A stretch of 64,000 nt of DNA from an uncultured archaeon (GTDB taxonomy: Archaea; Asgardarchaeota; Thorarchaeia; Thorarchaeales; Thorarchaeaceae), in contig CAYYQL010000007.1 in assembly GCA_964473825.1 (NCBI GenBank), positions 30,768 to 94,767 on the forward strand, written 5' to 3'. A program made the position numbers and the translations under genes. Below, piece by piece: positions 18,478 to 29,004 of this stretch (position 1 is its first letter; each line of letters begins with the position of its first letter). A model generated the notes under the pieces. That model worked only from the letters and a program-made list of their open reading frames with translations. It was not told the DNA's origin and searched no databases.

Positions 18478-19863
18478 GTGTATGACAGATACATGTGCGG
18501 GGATGTCAGCAGACTTCTCCATGAGGCTCGCCAGTGTTTAGACTCGGGAGAATATGAGTTGGCCACTAAGAAGATAGAGGCAATCCTAGCAGTGGTACCA
18601 GAGTCAGATGAGAGCCACGTAAAAGCCCTCGTCCACCTTGGAGAGATTCTCTGGCAACGCGGGAAATACGACGAGGCTCGTGATATCCTCAAGCGGGCCC
18701 AAGAACTCGGAGAGAAACAAGGATACGTCAGCCTCAGTGCCCGGGCTCAACGACTGACTGGTAATACCCTCATCGACCAGGGATTTGGCCAGCTGGCGGA
18801 GAGAGCCTATAGCGCAGCTCTGGAGATGTTTGAAAGCGTAGATGATGCTAGGGGAATTGCCCGATGCTACAACAACCTCGGTATCGTTAGTGTTGACAAG
18901 GGCAATTTCATTGATGCCTTGAGATACTACGAGCAGTCTCTTGATATGCATCGAAAACTTGGGGACGAAGTTGGAACTGGTATGTGCCTCAACAACATCG
19001 GAGAGATCCATCGATTCAAGGGGGAATACGAGCTAGCTGAGGAGTTGTACCAAGAATCACTGATAGGTGATACAGAAAGAGGGGATCGGTACGGACAAGC
19101 CATTTGCTGGGGCAATCTCGGTGCGGTATCGTATGGCCGGAAAGAATATGCAAAGGCAGAAGAACGCGTGCAGAGGGCGGTCGAGATATTCAACAAGCTG
19201 GGTATTCGTGACCTCGTTTATGTTGAGATTCGAGGACTTCTAGTAGGAATAATGGCTGCTACAAAGCGATTTGATGGTGGCCAAATCCATCTAGATGCTA
19301 TCTGGGATGCTGCGGAAACTCTGAACTCCGATGCCGCAGACATCATCTGCCACTTCTATGGTGGTTTGCTGGCACAGCGTCAATGGAACTTGTCCTTTGC
19401 CAGGAAGCACTATAACAACTGTCTTGAGCTCTCAAAGAGAGCACGGTCGTTCGAGTTCGTTCTCCTGTCGCTGATGCAGCTCGTTGAGATTGAGATGCTA
19501 CATTACAGAGTGACAGGAGAGGAGCAGTACCTAGAGGCGATGCAGAGAACACTACATCAGGCATTGAATCTCGCCGAGACTCACAATCTTCACGCACCGC
19601 TGGTAGAACTCATGGTCCTGAATGCCCTCTTTCATGTCGAGAGCCAGAATCCTGAGAGAGGTCTGGAATTGCTGAAAGAAGCAAAGGAGGTCTGCCATAA
19701 GAAGGGTTTCGAGTCTAGGGAGAAGACCATCGTGAGTCTTATGGAAGACATCCACATACGGCTTGAGTCCGATGCTACAAGTACAGAGACTGTAGAGGCG
19801 AAACTCAAACGTCTTCAGGAGTACATAGAGGACTGTCAGCGGGTTGTACTTGCCAGCAAGTAG
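18478..19863 (+). CDS. TPR-repeat protein.
   Basis: Repeated units of the form A-R-x-Y-N-N-L-G, e.g. ARCYNNLGIVSVDKGNFIDALRYYEQSL, and GMCLNNIGEIHRFKGEYELAEELYQESL. Confidence 0.8.
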   Translation: MYDRYMCGDVSRLLHEARQCLDSGEYELATKKIEAILAVVPESDESHVKALVHLGEILWQRGKYDEARDILKRAQELGEKQGYVSLSARAQRLTGNTLIDQGFGQLAERAYSAALEMFESVDDARGIARCYNNLGIVSVDKGNFIDALRYYEQSLDMHRKLGDEVGTGMCLNNIGEIHRFKGEYELAEELYQESLIGDTERGDRYGQAICWGNLGAVSYGRKEYAKAEERVQRAVEIFNKLGIRDLVYVEIRGLLVGIMAATKRFDGGQIHLDAIWDAAETLNSDAADIICHFYGGLLAQRQWNLSFARKHYNNCLELSKRARSFEFVLLSLMQLVEIEMLHYRVTGEEQYLEAMQRTLHQALNLAETHNLHAPLVELMVLNALFHVESQNPERGLELLKEAKEVCHKKGFESREKTIVSLMEDIHIRLESDATSTETVEAKLKRLQEYIEDCQRVVLASK

Positions 19864-19965
19864 ATTCGTCTCTCATCACACGAGTTTCTTTAATTGGTCC
19901 AAGAATCGTTCTGCCTGTTTTGAGCCCAGACTCCAGAAAGACGGATCGGATATATCGAAACGGAG

Positions 19966-20691
19966 ATGGCGAGTCAGTTATATGGTGTGCTCGGTTGTTT
20001 CCGGTTCATGAACCCGACACGATGCGACTTGCACATTCATACAGACTATTCTGACGCAGTCTGCACCGTTTCGGATGTAGTCCAGAAAGGCGCCCAGTTG
20101 AGGCTTCAAGCTATTGCAATCACGGACCATTTTTGGCCATCATTAGGTTCCAGGCAGAGAGGAAGAGGAATCATCAATCGTCGAAGGCAGGAGATAGAGG
20201 CCCTCAGATTGGAGCATCCCGAGATGGCCATCTTGGACGGAGCCGAGGTGGACATCAGCTTCGACGGCACTGTTGCACCCATTTCGGGAGGGCTCGAACA
20301 GTTTGATTTGGTCATCGGATCGTTCCATCGTGCATCTGATTCAGTGACTTGGTCAAGAGCTATAGACAGCGCCCTGAAGAAAACCAGTTTTGATATCTTG
20401 GGGCATTGGGACGGCTATCTAAGAGCGTACAGACAATCTGATGGCGAGTTCGTCGCACAGAAACTAGCAGAGCATAATGTGGCAATTGAACTTAGTACGC
20501 GGTATCCAGTGAAATATGCAGAGTTTCTTGAGGTTGCCCGTGAAAGTGGTTGTCTATTCACGTTAGGTAGCGATTCGCATAGAACAGAATCCATTGGAAA
20601 TCTGACTCGACCGAAGAAGCTAGCAGAGGCATACAATCTGCCCCTCTTGGACATTGAGAAGGCCGGGCTGGTCCCCCGATTACCGAGCTAG
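19966..20691 (+). CDS. PHP-domain (histidinol-phosphatase-like) metal-dependent phosphoesterase.
   Basis: CDLHIHTDYSDA and AITDH motifs. The true start is probably the ATG at about 20008 giving MNPTRCDLHIHT. Confidence 0.7.
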   Translation: MASQLYGVLGCFRFMNPTRCDLHIHTDYSDAVCTVSDVVQKGAQLRLQAIAITDHFWPSLGSRQRGRGIINRRRQEIEALRLEHPEMAILDGAEVDISFDGTVAPISGGLEQFDLVIGSFHRASDSVTWSRAIDSALKKTSFDILGHWDGYLRAYRQSDGEFVAQKLAEHNVAIELSTRYPVKYAEFLEVARESGCLFTLGSDSHRTESIGNLTRPKKLAEAYNLPLLDIEKAGLVPRLPS

Positions 20692-20704
20692 ATGTGGTTT
20701 GTTC

Positions 20705-22207
20705 TTACTTCAAATCCGACATCGAACCTATAATGGACTTCAGCAGGTCGTAGATAACACTGACATCTCGTATTCGCACCTTCTCATCCGGTGTGTGCGG
20801 GTTCTTGATTGTGGGGCCGAGAGAGACCATTTGCATTCCCTCAACTTGAGCACCAATGATTCCACACTCGAGGCCTGCATGGATTGCCTCCACCTCTACG
20901 ACATCATCTAGGACCTTCTTATAATGCCGCTTAACATATCGCAAAAACTCGCTCTTTGGCGCTGGCTTCCATCCGGGATACGCAGGAGTGAGAGTAACAC
21001 TCCAGCCGCCCAATTCGCCGAGGTCCCTCAGAGACCTACGGAATGACTCAAGCTCGGCATCATCGTTGCCCCGCGCAGAGATGTAGATATTCATCTCAGT
21101 TCCATCAGTTGACACGATGGCCATGTTGCACGAAGTCTCCACCAGATCAGGTACTTGTGGGGAGAATCTTCGAGGACCGTGCGGAATCGCATTTGCGGTC
21201 TTGATGATTCTATTGCTCTCAGAGATGGCGAAATAAGGTACAGGTTCTGTTGGGCTGAGTTGAATGGTGATGCTTGGTTCCAAGACCTCAGCATCCGGTG
21301 ATGCTTCATGATAGTAGGCCATGATAGCAGCCATTTCCTCATTCAATGCGTCATTCATCACAGAGACCTTATCGTTCCTTACCCCAAACACTGCCCTCGA
21401 ATCTCGCGTGATCGCGTTGTGCTTGGTCCCCCCGTTCCAAGATGCAAGAACAGGATGAGCAGAGGCGAGAATAGCAGAAAGCAGTCTGGCCACTAGTTTG
21501 TTCGCGTTAGCACGGGGTAGATGAATGTCAACACCAGAGTGACCTCCAAGAAGCCCTGAAACCTCCAAATTGAAGAACGTGAACTCATCTTTGGGTTCTT
21601 CCAGTTCCACCTCCTTACGGTACTCGACACCTCCTCCCCCTGCAGAACCAATCGTGATAACTCCCAAGTCCTCAGAGTCTAGATTGAGCAGATACTTGCT
21701 TCTTACTCCAAGACCTTCAACATCTAGCCCAAAAGCCCCAGTCAGGCCAGTTTCTTCGTCAACTGTGAAAAGCAGCTCCAAAGGACCGTGGCTGAGTTCC
21801 TTGTCCTGAATCGTTAGAAGCGCCAAGGCGAGAGCTATCGCAATGCCATTGTCCGCACCCAGTGTCGTCCCATCGGCATCTACCCACTCCTCGTTGTCCT
21901 GAATTCTAACAGGAATAGGCTCCTTCTCGAAATCAAACCCCTCCAATCGGTCTGATTCACATACCATATCCAGATGGCCCTGTATCATGAGCGGAGGAGC
22001 AGATTCCAGACTTTTGGTCGCAGGGACCCTGATGAGGATGTTACCGGTAGCATCTTCGAGAACCTCCACATTCACCCCCTGATCTTCGAGCCAAGCACGT
22101 ATTGCCTTACGAATCCCGACCTCATTCTTTGAGCATCGCGGAATCCTCGCTACTAGATTCTCAAATATTTCCCAAACATCTCCAGGCTGAAGATTCTCAA
22201 GAACCAT
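20705..22207 (-). CDS. pepD: Aminoacyl-histidine (Xaa-His) dipeptidase, M20C family.
   Basis: Colinear similarity to PepD: GNILIRVPAT, MIQGHLDMV, TTLGADNGIAIALAL, HGPLELLFTVDEETGLTGAFGL, IHAGLECGII and SLGPTIKNPHTPDE. Confidence 0.85.
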   Translation of the reverse strand: MVLENLQPGDVWEIFENLVARIPRCSKNEVGIRKAIRAWLEDQGVNVEVLEDATGNILIRVPATKSLESAPPLMIQGHLDMVCESDRLEGFDFEKEPIPVRIQDNEEWVDADGTTLGADNGIAIALALALLTIQDKELSHGPLELLFTVDEETGLTGAFGLDVEGLGVRSKYLLNLDSEDLGVITIGSAGGGGVEYRKEVELEEPKDEFTFFNLEVSGLLGGHSGVDIHLPRANANKLVARLLSAILASAHPVLASWNGGTKHNAITRDSRAVFGVRNDKVSVMNDALNEEMAAIMAYYHEASPDAEVLEPSITIQLSPTEPVPYFAISESNRIIKTANAIPHGPRRFSPQVPDLVETSCNMAIVSTDGTEMNIYISARGNDDAELESFRRSLRDLGELGGWSVTLTPAYPGWKPAPKSEFLRYVKRHYKKVLDDVVEVEAIHAGLECGIIGAQVEGMQMVSLGPTIKNPHTPDEKVRIRDVSVIYDLLKSIIGSMSDLK

Positions 22208-22314
22208 AGCGGGTCACAACCTAGCTGGAATGGTCTGGGACTTAAATCGTTTCTTAGTCAACGGGAGGATTTTTCAGTCACCAAGCTTATCCCTCGGTCC
22301 TAGGTGGTAGACAG

Positions 22315-23187
22315 TTGTTCTTCGATGCCGACCTCACACTCATATTCCGTGACGCCCTGCCATGGGCCGGGGGACTCTTCCAACTGATAACCGAGTTGGG
22401 ATCAGAGATCTTCTATGTCGTTGTTATCCTGGTAGGATACTGGGCCTATAAGAAACGAGGCTCGGTGATTCTCCTGGGAGTTCTTCTTGTCTCGCTTATC
22501 TCGAACTACTGGTTGAAATATATGATACAGAATCCAAGACCTGATGAAAGCTACTGGTATGAGGGAGTTGAGGGCACAAACTACAGCACACCTAGCGGAC
22601 ATGCACAGAACTCTGCAACTTTCTTCGGATGGCTTGGCGTGAAATCAAGAAACGTGGTCGTGTTCAGTTCATCGATAATCATTGCCCTTCTGATTGGTGC
22701 GTCCCGGGTATATCTCGGAGTCCACTATCTTGGGGACATTCTCATTGGATGGACAATTGGTTTTGCCACCGTAGCTGTACTATACTTTGCTCAAGAACCC
22801 CTTGAGAAGGTGCTCGCGCAATATAGTCTCGAGCAAAAATACGGGGCACTCTTCCTATTTGGTTTCGCGCTACTCCTGATTGGCTCACTTCTACCTCAGC
22901 CCCCTGATGACAACTTCGGATCACTGGCAGGTCTCGTGATGGGAGTGGCGATTGCATTTCCGCTCGAAGAGCGATATGTGAATTTCTCGGTAGAAGCCCC
23001 CCGGAATCAGAAATGGCGCCTAGTTCTGCGGGTCGTAATAGGACTCGTTCTAGCAATAGGAGTGATGTTCGGCCTCGCGTCATTGCTTCCCACAACGAAT
23101 CTCTGGCTGAGAGCACTGAGATATGGGCTTATTGCAGTCGTTGGTGGTTTGGTCTGGCCTGCCGTATTCACAAGAGTGGATCTATAA
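22315..23187 (+). CDS. PAP2-family membrane phosphatase.
   Basis: The three PAP2 motifs KYMIQNPRP, PSGH and SRVYLGVHYLGD, with 5-6 TM helices. Confidence 0.8.
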   Translation: MFFDADLTLIFRDALPWAGGLFQLITELGSEIFYVVVILVGYWAYKKRGSVILLGVLLVSLISNYWLKYMIQNPRPDESYWYEGVEGTNYSTPSGHAQNSATFFGWLGVKSRNVVVFSSSIIIALLIGASRVYLGVHYLGDILIGWTIGFATVAVLYFAQEPLEKVLAQYSLEQKYGALFLFGFALLLIGSLLPQPPDDNFGSLAGLVMGVAIAFPLEERYVNFSVEAPRNQKWRLVLRVVIGLVLAIGVMFGLASLLPTTNLWLRALRYGLIAVVGGLVWPAVFTRVDL

Positions 23188-24090
23188 GAGAAGATCTGTT
23201 TCATGCTGCAAAGAGAACTCGAAACCGATCTCGTCGGCATGTCTTAGAACCAGTGCATCCACCATTTTCGACACAAGGAATCTGGCAGCTGTTCTGTCAA
23301 TACCGGATAGGTTGATGATTTCGGCCACAGTGCTTGAACCGTCGAACCGTGAAAGCAGTCTGACGATTTCGGGGTACTGATGTGTGATTGCTTCAGTGGG
23401 CTCGCCCACCTTGATAAGAACACAGTCATCACTGACCTTTCGCTTGAGTTGTACGTGCCCATGATGAATGAGAATTGACAGAAGAGCAACGGACTCATCC
23501 TTGGGTAGAGGAACACTCTCGATGATCTTACGGATGTTACGTTTGCCATTGATGTATTTCTCAAGGACATCAAGGTGTGTGTCAATCTTTCCCACTCGAT
23601 AGTTGATTCTTCGCCCATCCGTAACGCACGGGATGAGTTCCGGGTCAACCTTGGTAAGTGGAAATGCAGTAACGATGTTCAACGCGAACTCACGGAAGAC
23701 CCTGATATCTCCCTCATAGTGTTCCAGAATATTAGAAAACCTTCCCTCAAATTCCGCAATCAGATTGACAAGTTTCTTTCGATATGGCTCTGGGGCAGTA
23801 ACTTCATTCAGGCCGATAACTGCAAGAACCTCTGCACCAATCTCGAAGATCACGCTGGAACGGCCCCACTGGACAGTTCTTAGTCCATTCTTGGCGACGG
23901 TCATTATTGCTTTGATCAGAGCCGCCAACAGATCTGGATCAACCTCTCTGCGGGAATCACTCGCAAGCTTGGAACTCACCGGTCCATCTGCATAGGAGAC
24001 CCGAACTAGCAGTTCACCGCTTATCAATCGGATTATCATGACATAGCTGATACTGGAATTGTCTGATTGCCCGTACATACACGCTCCCAA
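23182..24090 (-). CDS. Hypothetical protein. The N-terminal region is possibly Roadblock/LC7/longin-like.
   Basis: No definitive motif. The N-terminal alpha/beta segment VMIIRLISGELLVRVSYADG...LLAALIKAIMTV is only suggestive. Confidence 0.4.
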   Translation of the reverse strand: MGACMYGQSDNSSISYVMIIRLISGELLVRVSYADGPVSSKLASDSRREVDPDLLAALIKAIMTVAKNGLRTVQWGRSSVIFEIGAEVLAVIGLNEVTAPEPYRKKLVNLIAEFEGRFSNILEHYEGDIRVFREFALNIVTAFPLTKVDPELIPCVTDGRRINYRVGKIDTHLDVLEKYINGKRNIRKIIESVPLPKDESVALLSILIHHGHVQLKRKVSDDCVLIKVGEPTEAITHQYPEIVRLLSRFDGSSTVAEIINLSGIDRTAARFLVSKMVDALVLRHADEIGFEFSLQHETDLLL

Positions 24091-24165
24091 CTAAATTCGT
24101 TCCACCCAGAAGAAGAAAAATGCTTCGGTGGTCATCAGATCCCGAACAGACTCATGACCCCTGTG

Positions 24166-25875
24166 TCAGAGGTACTCAGATGCCTCTATCTGTGCCAGTT
24201 TCACACCAGCACTTCGCGAATAGTGCTTCATTATCTGCCAACATACGATACCGTAGACCGGCAATACAATATATGAAAACGGTACACCAATGGATATCCC
24301 AAGCATGATCATCGAGAATGTTCCCAGATACCCCACAACGTTGGGTAAGAGCTGAGCACGAAGTATAGACCAGCCTCGAATCGGCATCTGAACAGAAGAA
24401 CCCCTCTGTCTGGTCACCATCCGTTCAGCCTTGAAATCACCGCCAAGAGCAGCTGCATTGGCTGCAACTCCCCCCGAAGCCAGATTCGTGAACACTGCCG
24501 CAGCAACGACCATGGGGATATAGAACCAGAAGGATGGGTACACTACTAGGATAAGTACTCCTACGAGGATGCTTGCAGCCACCGTGAAGGGTACTGCGGA
24601 ATAGACTTTCCCGCGTACGTAGTCTTCCATATTGGCAGCAGCAAGTTGCAGGTTCTGGAGATTCTTACCCTCGTAGACGGTCTCATAGCCAGCAAAGTAG
24701 AGTCCGTAGGACGTTGAAAAGGGAATGAGAGCTGCAATCATGAGGAATGGTGCGAAAAAGCCCATCCCTTCTGGATTGGTCAGGATAGGAATAAAGAAGA
24801 ATATGACAAACTGAAGCGGCCCCATCAGATACCGCGCAAATACTCGAGATTCGCGGCGGATGTTCGTGATATTGTACCAGATAGAGGTGCTAATGGTCTT
24901 GTTGAACTTGATGCCCGGTATGGGTTGCGGGTCCCATGGCTTGTGTTCTATGATCTTCTCTTCTTTCGAGCTGCGTTTCGACCCGCTCATGAGCCAGCCG
25001 CTGTAGTGGGCTTTCTCACTGACTATGGCGTTGAGATAGACGAGGCTGCCACCAAGCACAATATAGAAAATCGTCGATGCAATCTCATAAGACCCGAACT
25101 CTGCCCCCACTAGAAGGCCGAGCGTGATCACGCTCACTGTATACCCCGGCGTCAGGTCCGAGGCTAGACCGATTTGTTGAGCTAGCTCGAACAACCAGTC
25201 AAACACAAACGAGTTATTGGAGGAATAGAGAAAGTAGTACCATACAACGGTGAAGATAATCGCCATGGTGCTCATAAGGAAGTACCCCACCTGACGGAGT
25301 TTCCGCCGACCTGCAACAACCCGTGAGAATAACAGACCTAGAAGACCACCAAACGAAACACCAATCGTAACCAGCACTAGAACGAGAACCAGATATGAAA
25401 GCACTGCAACAAAGGCCAAGGGGAGAGGGGACACGATACTCAGACCAATGATGATTGGAGAGCCGATCACCAGCCAGAGAAGTGAGCTGTAGACGATGAT
25501 GATAATCGTCTTCTCTAAGAACAGTGTCCGAAGAGAGATTGGCATCGTCATGAGATACTCCATCCTCTTGCTATTGGCAACAGTAGTGGCTGACACCATG
25601 ATTGAACCTATGAACGAAAATAGCACTATGACGTTAAACAATGTAGATCCGACGGCCAGATTCTCGAGAATGAGACTAGCAATCATGTTCCAGCCAAAGA
25701 GAGGTACAATCCAGACTACAGCCAGAACAATGGCAACGGCTACAGCCACGGCGATAATGGGACCGAGAAACCTCCGAAGAGCACTCTTCTGCTCAGAACG
25801 CCGACCTGTGCCTCCCAGTCGGAAGGTCTGATTAAGGTCCTGCCTGAGCAAAATCATCAGATCTCTAAGGCTCAA
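24166..25875 (-). CDS. Large (569 aa) ABC exporter permease, at least 10 TM.
   Basis: Highly hydrophobic. Overlaps the downstream end of the ABC ATPase gene by 4 nt. Confidence 0.65.
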   Translation of the reverse strand: MSLRDLMILLRQDLNQTFRLGGTGRRSEQKSALRRFLGPIIAVAVAVAIVLAVVWIVPLFGWNMIASLILENLAVGSTLFNVIVLFSFIGSIMVSATTVANSKRMEYLMTMPISLRTLFLEKTIIIIVYSSLLWLVIGSPIIIGLSIVSPLPLAFVAVLSYLVLVLVLVTIGVSFGGLLGLLFSRVVAGRRKLRQVGYFLMSTMAIIFTVVWYYFLYSSNNSFVFDWLFELAQQIGLASDLTPGYTVSVITLGLLVGAEFGSYEIASTIFYIVLGGSLVYLNAIVSEKAHYSGWLMSGSKRSSKEEKIIEHKPWDPQPIPGIKFNKTISTSIWYNITNIRRESRVFARYLMGPLQFVIFFFIPILTNPEGMGFFAPFLMIAALIPFSTSYGLYFAGYETVYEGKNLQNLQLAAANMEDYVRGKVYSAVPFTVAASILVGVLILVVYPSFWFYIPMVVAAAVFTNLASGGVAANAAALGGDFKAERMVTRQRGSSVQMPIRGWSILRAQLLPNVVGYLGTFSMIMLGISIGVPFSYIVLPVYGIVCWQIMKHYSRSAGVKLAQIEASEYL

Positions 25876-26741
25876 CCTTCTTCACCTGTGTCACCCAGAT
25901 ACTGAGCAATAAGCTGCATGTCTGGCCCACCAGTTAGGTCCAGGAATATCTCCTCAAGACTGGCCTGACCCCTGGCCTTCTGCTTCAGTTCATCCATCGT
26001 ACCCTCCGCTACCATGTGACCATCCTGAATAATGCCGATACGGTCAGCCATCTGCTCGGCTATCTCCAGAATATGTGTTGACATGAGCACAGTTGCTCCG
26101 CGAGAACTGAGACCATTGAGAATCTCCTTTATCGTGGCAGCACCGCGGGGGTCAATGCCCGCCTGGAACTCATCGAGTACAAGCACCCTCGGTCTGTGTA
26201 TCAGAGCCGCGATGAGGCTGGTTTTGCGCGACATACCCTTGGAATAGGTCTCTATCAGGTCATCACTGGCATCTCTGATATCGAGAAGGGTAAGAAGCTC
26301 GTCTATCTCTTCTTCGCGTTCTTCACCACGCTCAACTCCCCAGATATCAGCGACGTAGTTCACATACTCCCACCCGGTGAGACGTTCGGGCAAGACAGGC
26401 TCCTCCGGAACATAACCCATTACTCGCTTCGCTGTGACAATCTCCTTGCGGATGTCATAACCAGAGATTCTGGCGGTTCCCTCGGTGGGACGCAACAATC
26501 CAAGAAGCATGCGCATAGTTGTTGACTTTCCCGACCCATTGGGCCCTAACAGTGCATAGGTTTCACCAGATGCAACTGTGAAGCTCAGAGTATCAACTGC
26601 AGTGAATTCATTGAACCTCTTGGTGAGTTCTATAGCCTCAATCATCAGAACCACTCTGTCAGAAGGATGAGGAGATATATCCTTTAGGTTAGGTGTATCC
26701 GGATTCCGCGGAGGGGGAACTGCAAGAGGTTGTCGTGCCAT
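25872..26741 (-). CDS. ABC transporter ATP-binding protein.
   Basis: Walker A GPNGSGKST, signature YSKGMSRK, Walker B VLVLDEFQAGID. Confidence 0.9.
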   Translation of the reverse strand: MARQPLAVPPPRNPDTPNLKDISPHPSDRVVLMIEAIELTKRFNEFTAVDTLSFTVASGETYALLGPNGSGKSTTMRMLLGLLRPTEGTARISGYDIRKEIVTAKRVMGYVPEEPVLPERLTGWEYVNYVADIWGVERGEEREEEIDELLTLLDIRDASDDLIETYSKGMSRKTSLIAALIHRPRVLVLDEFQAGIDPRGAATIKEILNGLSSRGATVLMSTHILEIAEQMADRIGIIQDGHMVAEGTMDELKQKARGQASLEEIFLDLTGGPDMQLIAQYLGDTGEEG

Positions 26742-26852
26742 TTGCCAGTCGATAGATTCAGACGAAATATTCAGAACAACAACTCATTGTTACATAACTC
26801 GGAGGAGCGTCCCATTTAGAAATCGTAATAAACTTAGGACCGTCCGCAGAGG

Positions 26853-27998
26853 TTGGCAGTGAACCCCATGAAGGCCCCCCCTGAATCATCCGTTGCTGAG
26901 AAGCGAATCCTTGGAGAGTCGCCCGACTTTCTTAGAACGAGCCTTGCTGCCGCAATTACCATGGATATGGTCCCCGGCCGATTCTATCGTGATGCCAAAC
27001 TCTACTGCGTGAATCTCCTGTTGACCTACAACGAGGGCTGTCATGCCAAGTGTGCGTACTGTGGACTGTCGGGTTCGCGTGAAACGGATACTGAATGGGA
27101 TGAGAATAGTTTCATCAGAGTTGACTGGCCAGTCTTTTCCCTCAAGGATATCAAGATCGCACTTGCTGACGGCACTTGCGATCATGTTGAACGAGTATGC
27201 ATTTCGATGATCACTCTAGGAAGAGCTAGGGAGGATTGTGTCACCGTTATAGAAGAGCTAAGCGAGGTCATTCCAAGAATATCAGTTCTCATGACACCCA
27301 CTATCATTAACCGCAAATGGCTACATCAGATTAAGGACGCTGGAACAGACATGGTGGGAATTGCCATTGATGCTGCCACACCCGAGCTATTCGACGACCT
27401 ACGGGGCAACGGCGTGCGGGGACCTCACAAGTGGGAGAAATACTGGGACACAGTTCGACAATCACTAGAGGTGTTCGGCAAAGGAAACGTCGGAATACAT
27501 CTCATAGTGGGGGTCGGCGAAACCGAACAGGAGATAATCAAGACCATTCAAGATGCACAGGACCTCGGAGCAGATACACACCTCTTCTCGTTCTTTCCGG
27601 AGGAGGGTTCATCAATGGAAAATACGCCACAACCTCCTATCGGGGCATACAGGCGGGTGCAATTTGCCCGCTATATCATAAACTACAACCATGGCACGTA
27701 TGAGAATATGCAATTCAATGAGAGAGGTCAAGTGATTGATTTCGGAATCGAGAGAGATGTCTACGAGTCCCTCTTACAAGCTGGAAATGCCTTCATGACG
27801 TCTGGTTGCAAGGGAGAAACTATGCAGAATGCCTGTAACCGGCCCTTTGGCAACTGTACGCCCTATCAGGCGTCAATCGGGCATTGGAGAAACTTCCCAA
27901 TCAGGCCCAATGAAGAGGATATTTCAAAGATCCGGGAGCAACTGAAGGACTATTCCCTGACATATGACATGGATGGCTTCGATTTTTATGACGAATGA
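26853..27998 (+). CDS. Radical SAM protein of the biotin-synthase/LipS type. By context probably component 1 (LipS1-like) of the archaeal two-protein lipoyl synthase.
   Basis: CxxxCxxC motif CHAKCAYC, and a GG glycine-rich SAM motif. Sits in a cluster with LplA paralogs. Confidence 0.6.
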   Translation: MAVNPMKAPPESSVAEKRILGESPDFLRTSLAAAITMDMVPGRFYRDAKLYCVNLLLTYNEGCHAKCAYCGLSGSRETDTEWDENSFIRVDWPVFSLKDIKIALADGTCDHVERVCISMITLGRAREDCVTVIEELSEVIPRISVLMTPTIINRKWLHQIKDAGTDMVGIAIDAATPELFDDLRGNGVRGPHKWEKYWDTVRQSLEVFGKGNVGIHLIVGVGETEQEIIKTIQDAQDLGADTHLFSFFPEEGSSMENTPQPPIGAYRRVQFARYIINYNHGTYENMQFNERGQVIDFGIERDVYESLLQAGNAFMTSGCKGETMQNACNRPFGNCTPYQASIGHWRNFPIRPNEEDISKIREQLKDYSLTYDMDGFDFYDE

Positions 27999-29004
27999 TG
28001 ACATAGTTGAGAGATGCTTCGCATCTCCTAACGAAGGGCTCTCATCCCTCTCACAGGCGGGCTTTGAAGCCTCTAGAAGGGCACTGGGAAACACGATGCG
28101 TTTCTATGTCCCGGGGATGGTACACTACGAAACCGAATACCACAGTATGTCGAATAAGCTACGATTCCCCGGTCTTTCAACTACTGGTAGGGCCTGTGCA
28201 TTGAACTGTGACCATTGCAGTGGTCAGCTTCTGATCTCGATGCATCCTACAACGAGCCCCGAAGCACTCTGGAAACATGGACTAAAGGTCTACAAACATG
28301 GTGGGTCGGGTATTTTGGTTAGTGGAGGATCTACACATCTGGGAAACACCCCGTTACTCCCCTTCATCCCCGTTCTGAAACGTATCAAGCAGGACTTGGG
28401 TCTGCATATTGTGGTACATACTGGCCTCGTGCTACCAGAGATTGCCGAAGCCTTAGGGGAGGTCGGAATAGATGGTGCAATGCTTGACATCATAGGATCA
28501 GACGACACGCTTCGGGAGGTATACCACCTCGATATGTCCACCGATGTTTTTGACGAATCTATGAGCCTACTGGAAGAGAACAACATCCCATTCATGCCTC
28601 ATGTAATTGCTGGACTTCACTACGGCAGACTCGAGGGGGAGATTCGTGCAATCAGAATGATTGCAAAACACAATCCCGAAGTAGTCGTGGTTGTTGCATT
28701 CATGCCGCTGGATAACACTCCGATGGAACACGTTGCCCCATCAACACCCGAAGACATCACAAGGGTCATACTCGCTGCCCGCCTTGCCATGCCTCGAATT
28801 CCACTTACCCTCGGTTGTGCACGACCACTAGGAAATCATCGGAGAACAACAGACCGGCTGGCTATCGACTCGGGCGTAAACGGAATTGCGTATCCAACCC
28901 CAGAAACGCACGAATATGCGGTAGAAAAAGGACTAGATGTCATCTATGAAGACGAATGCTGTTCCTTGATTGGGCGAGCATTCCACTTGGAGACTAACAG
29001 ATGA
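27964..29004 (+). CDS. Radical SAM protein. By context probably the LipS2-like lipoyl synthase component.
   Basis: CxxxCxxC motif CALNCDHC. Overlaps the upstream gene by 35 nt and the downstream lplA by 4 nt, so these are likely co-translated. Confidence 0.6.
   Translation: MTWMASIFMTNDDIVERCFASPNEGLSSLSQAGFEASRRALGNTMRFYVPGMVHYETEYHSMSNKLRFPGLSTTGRACALNCDHCSGQLLISMHPTTSPEALWKHGLKVYKHGGSGILVSGGSTHLGNTPLLPFIPVLKRIKQDLGLHIVVHTGLVLPEIAEALGEVGIDGAMLDIIGSDDTLREVYHLDMSTDVFDESMSLLEENNIPFMPHVIAGLHYGRLEGEIRAIRMIAKHNPEVVVVVAFMPLDNTPMEHVAPSTPEDITRVILAARLAMPRIPLTLGCARPLGNHRRTTDRLAIDSGVNGIAYPTPETHEYAVEKGLDVIYEDECCSLIGRAFHLETNR

Noticed and set aside
23182-24090. Roadblock/LC7 (MglB-like) GTPase-regulator assignment.
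   Set aside because: This rests on a vague secondary-structure impression only. It stays a hypothetical protein unless profile searches support it.
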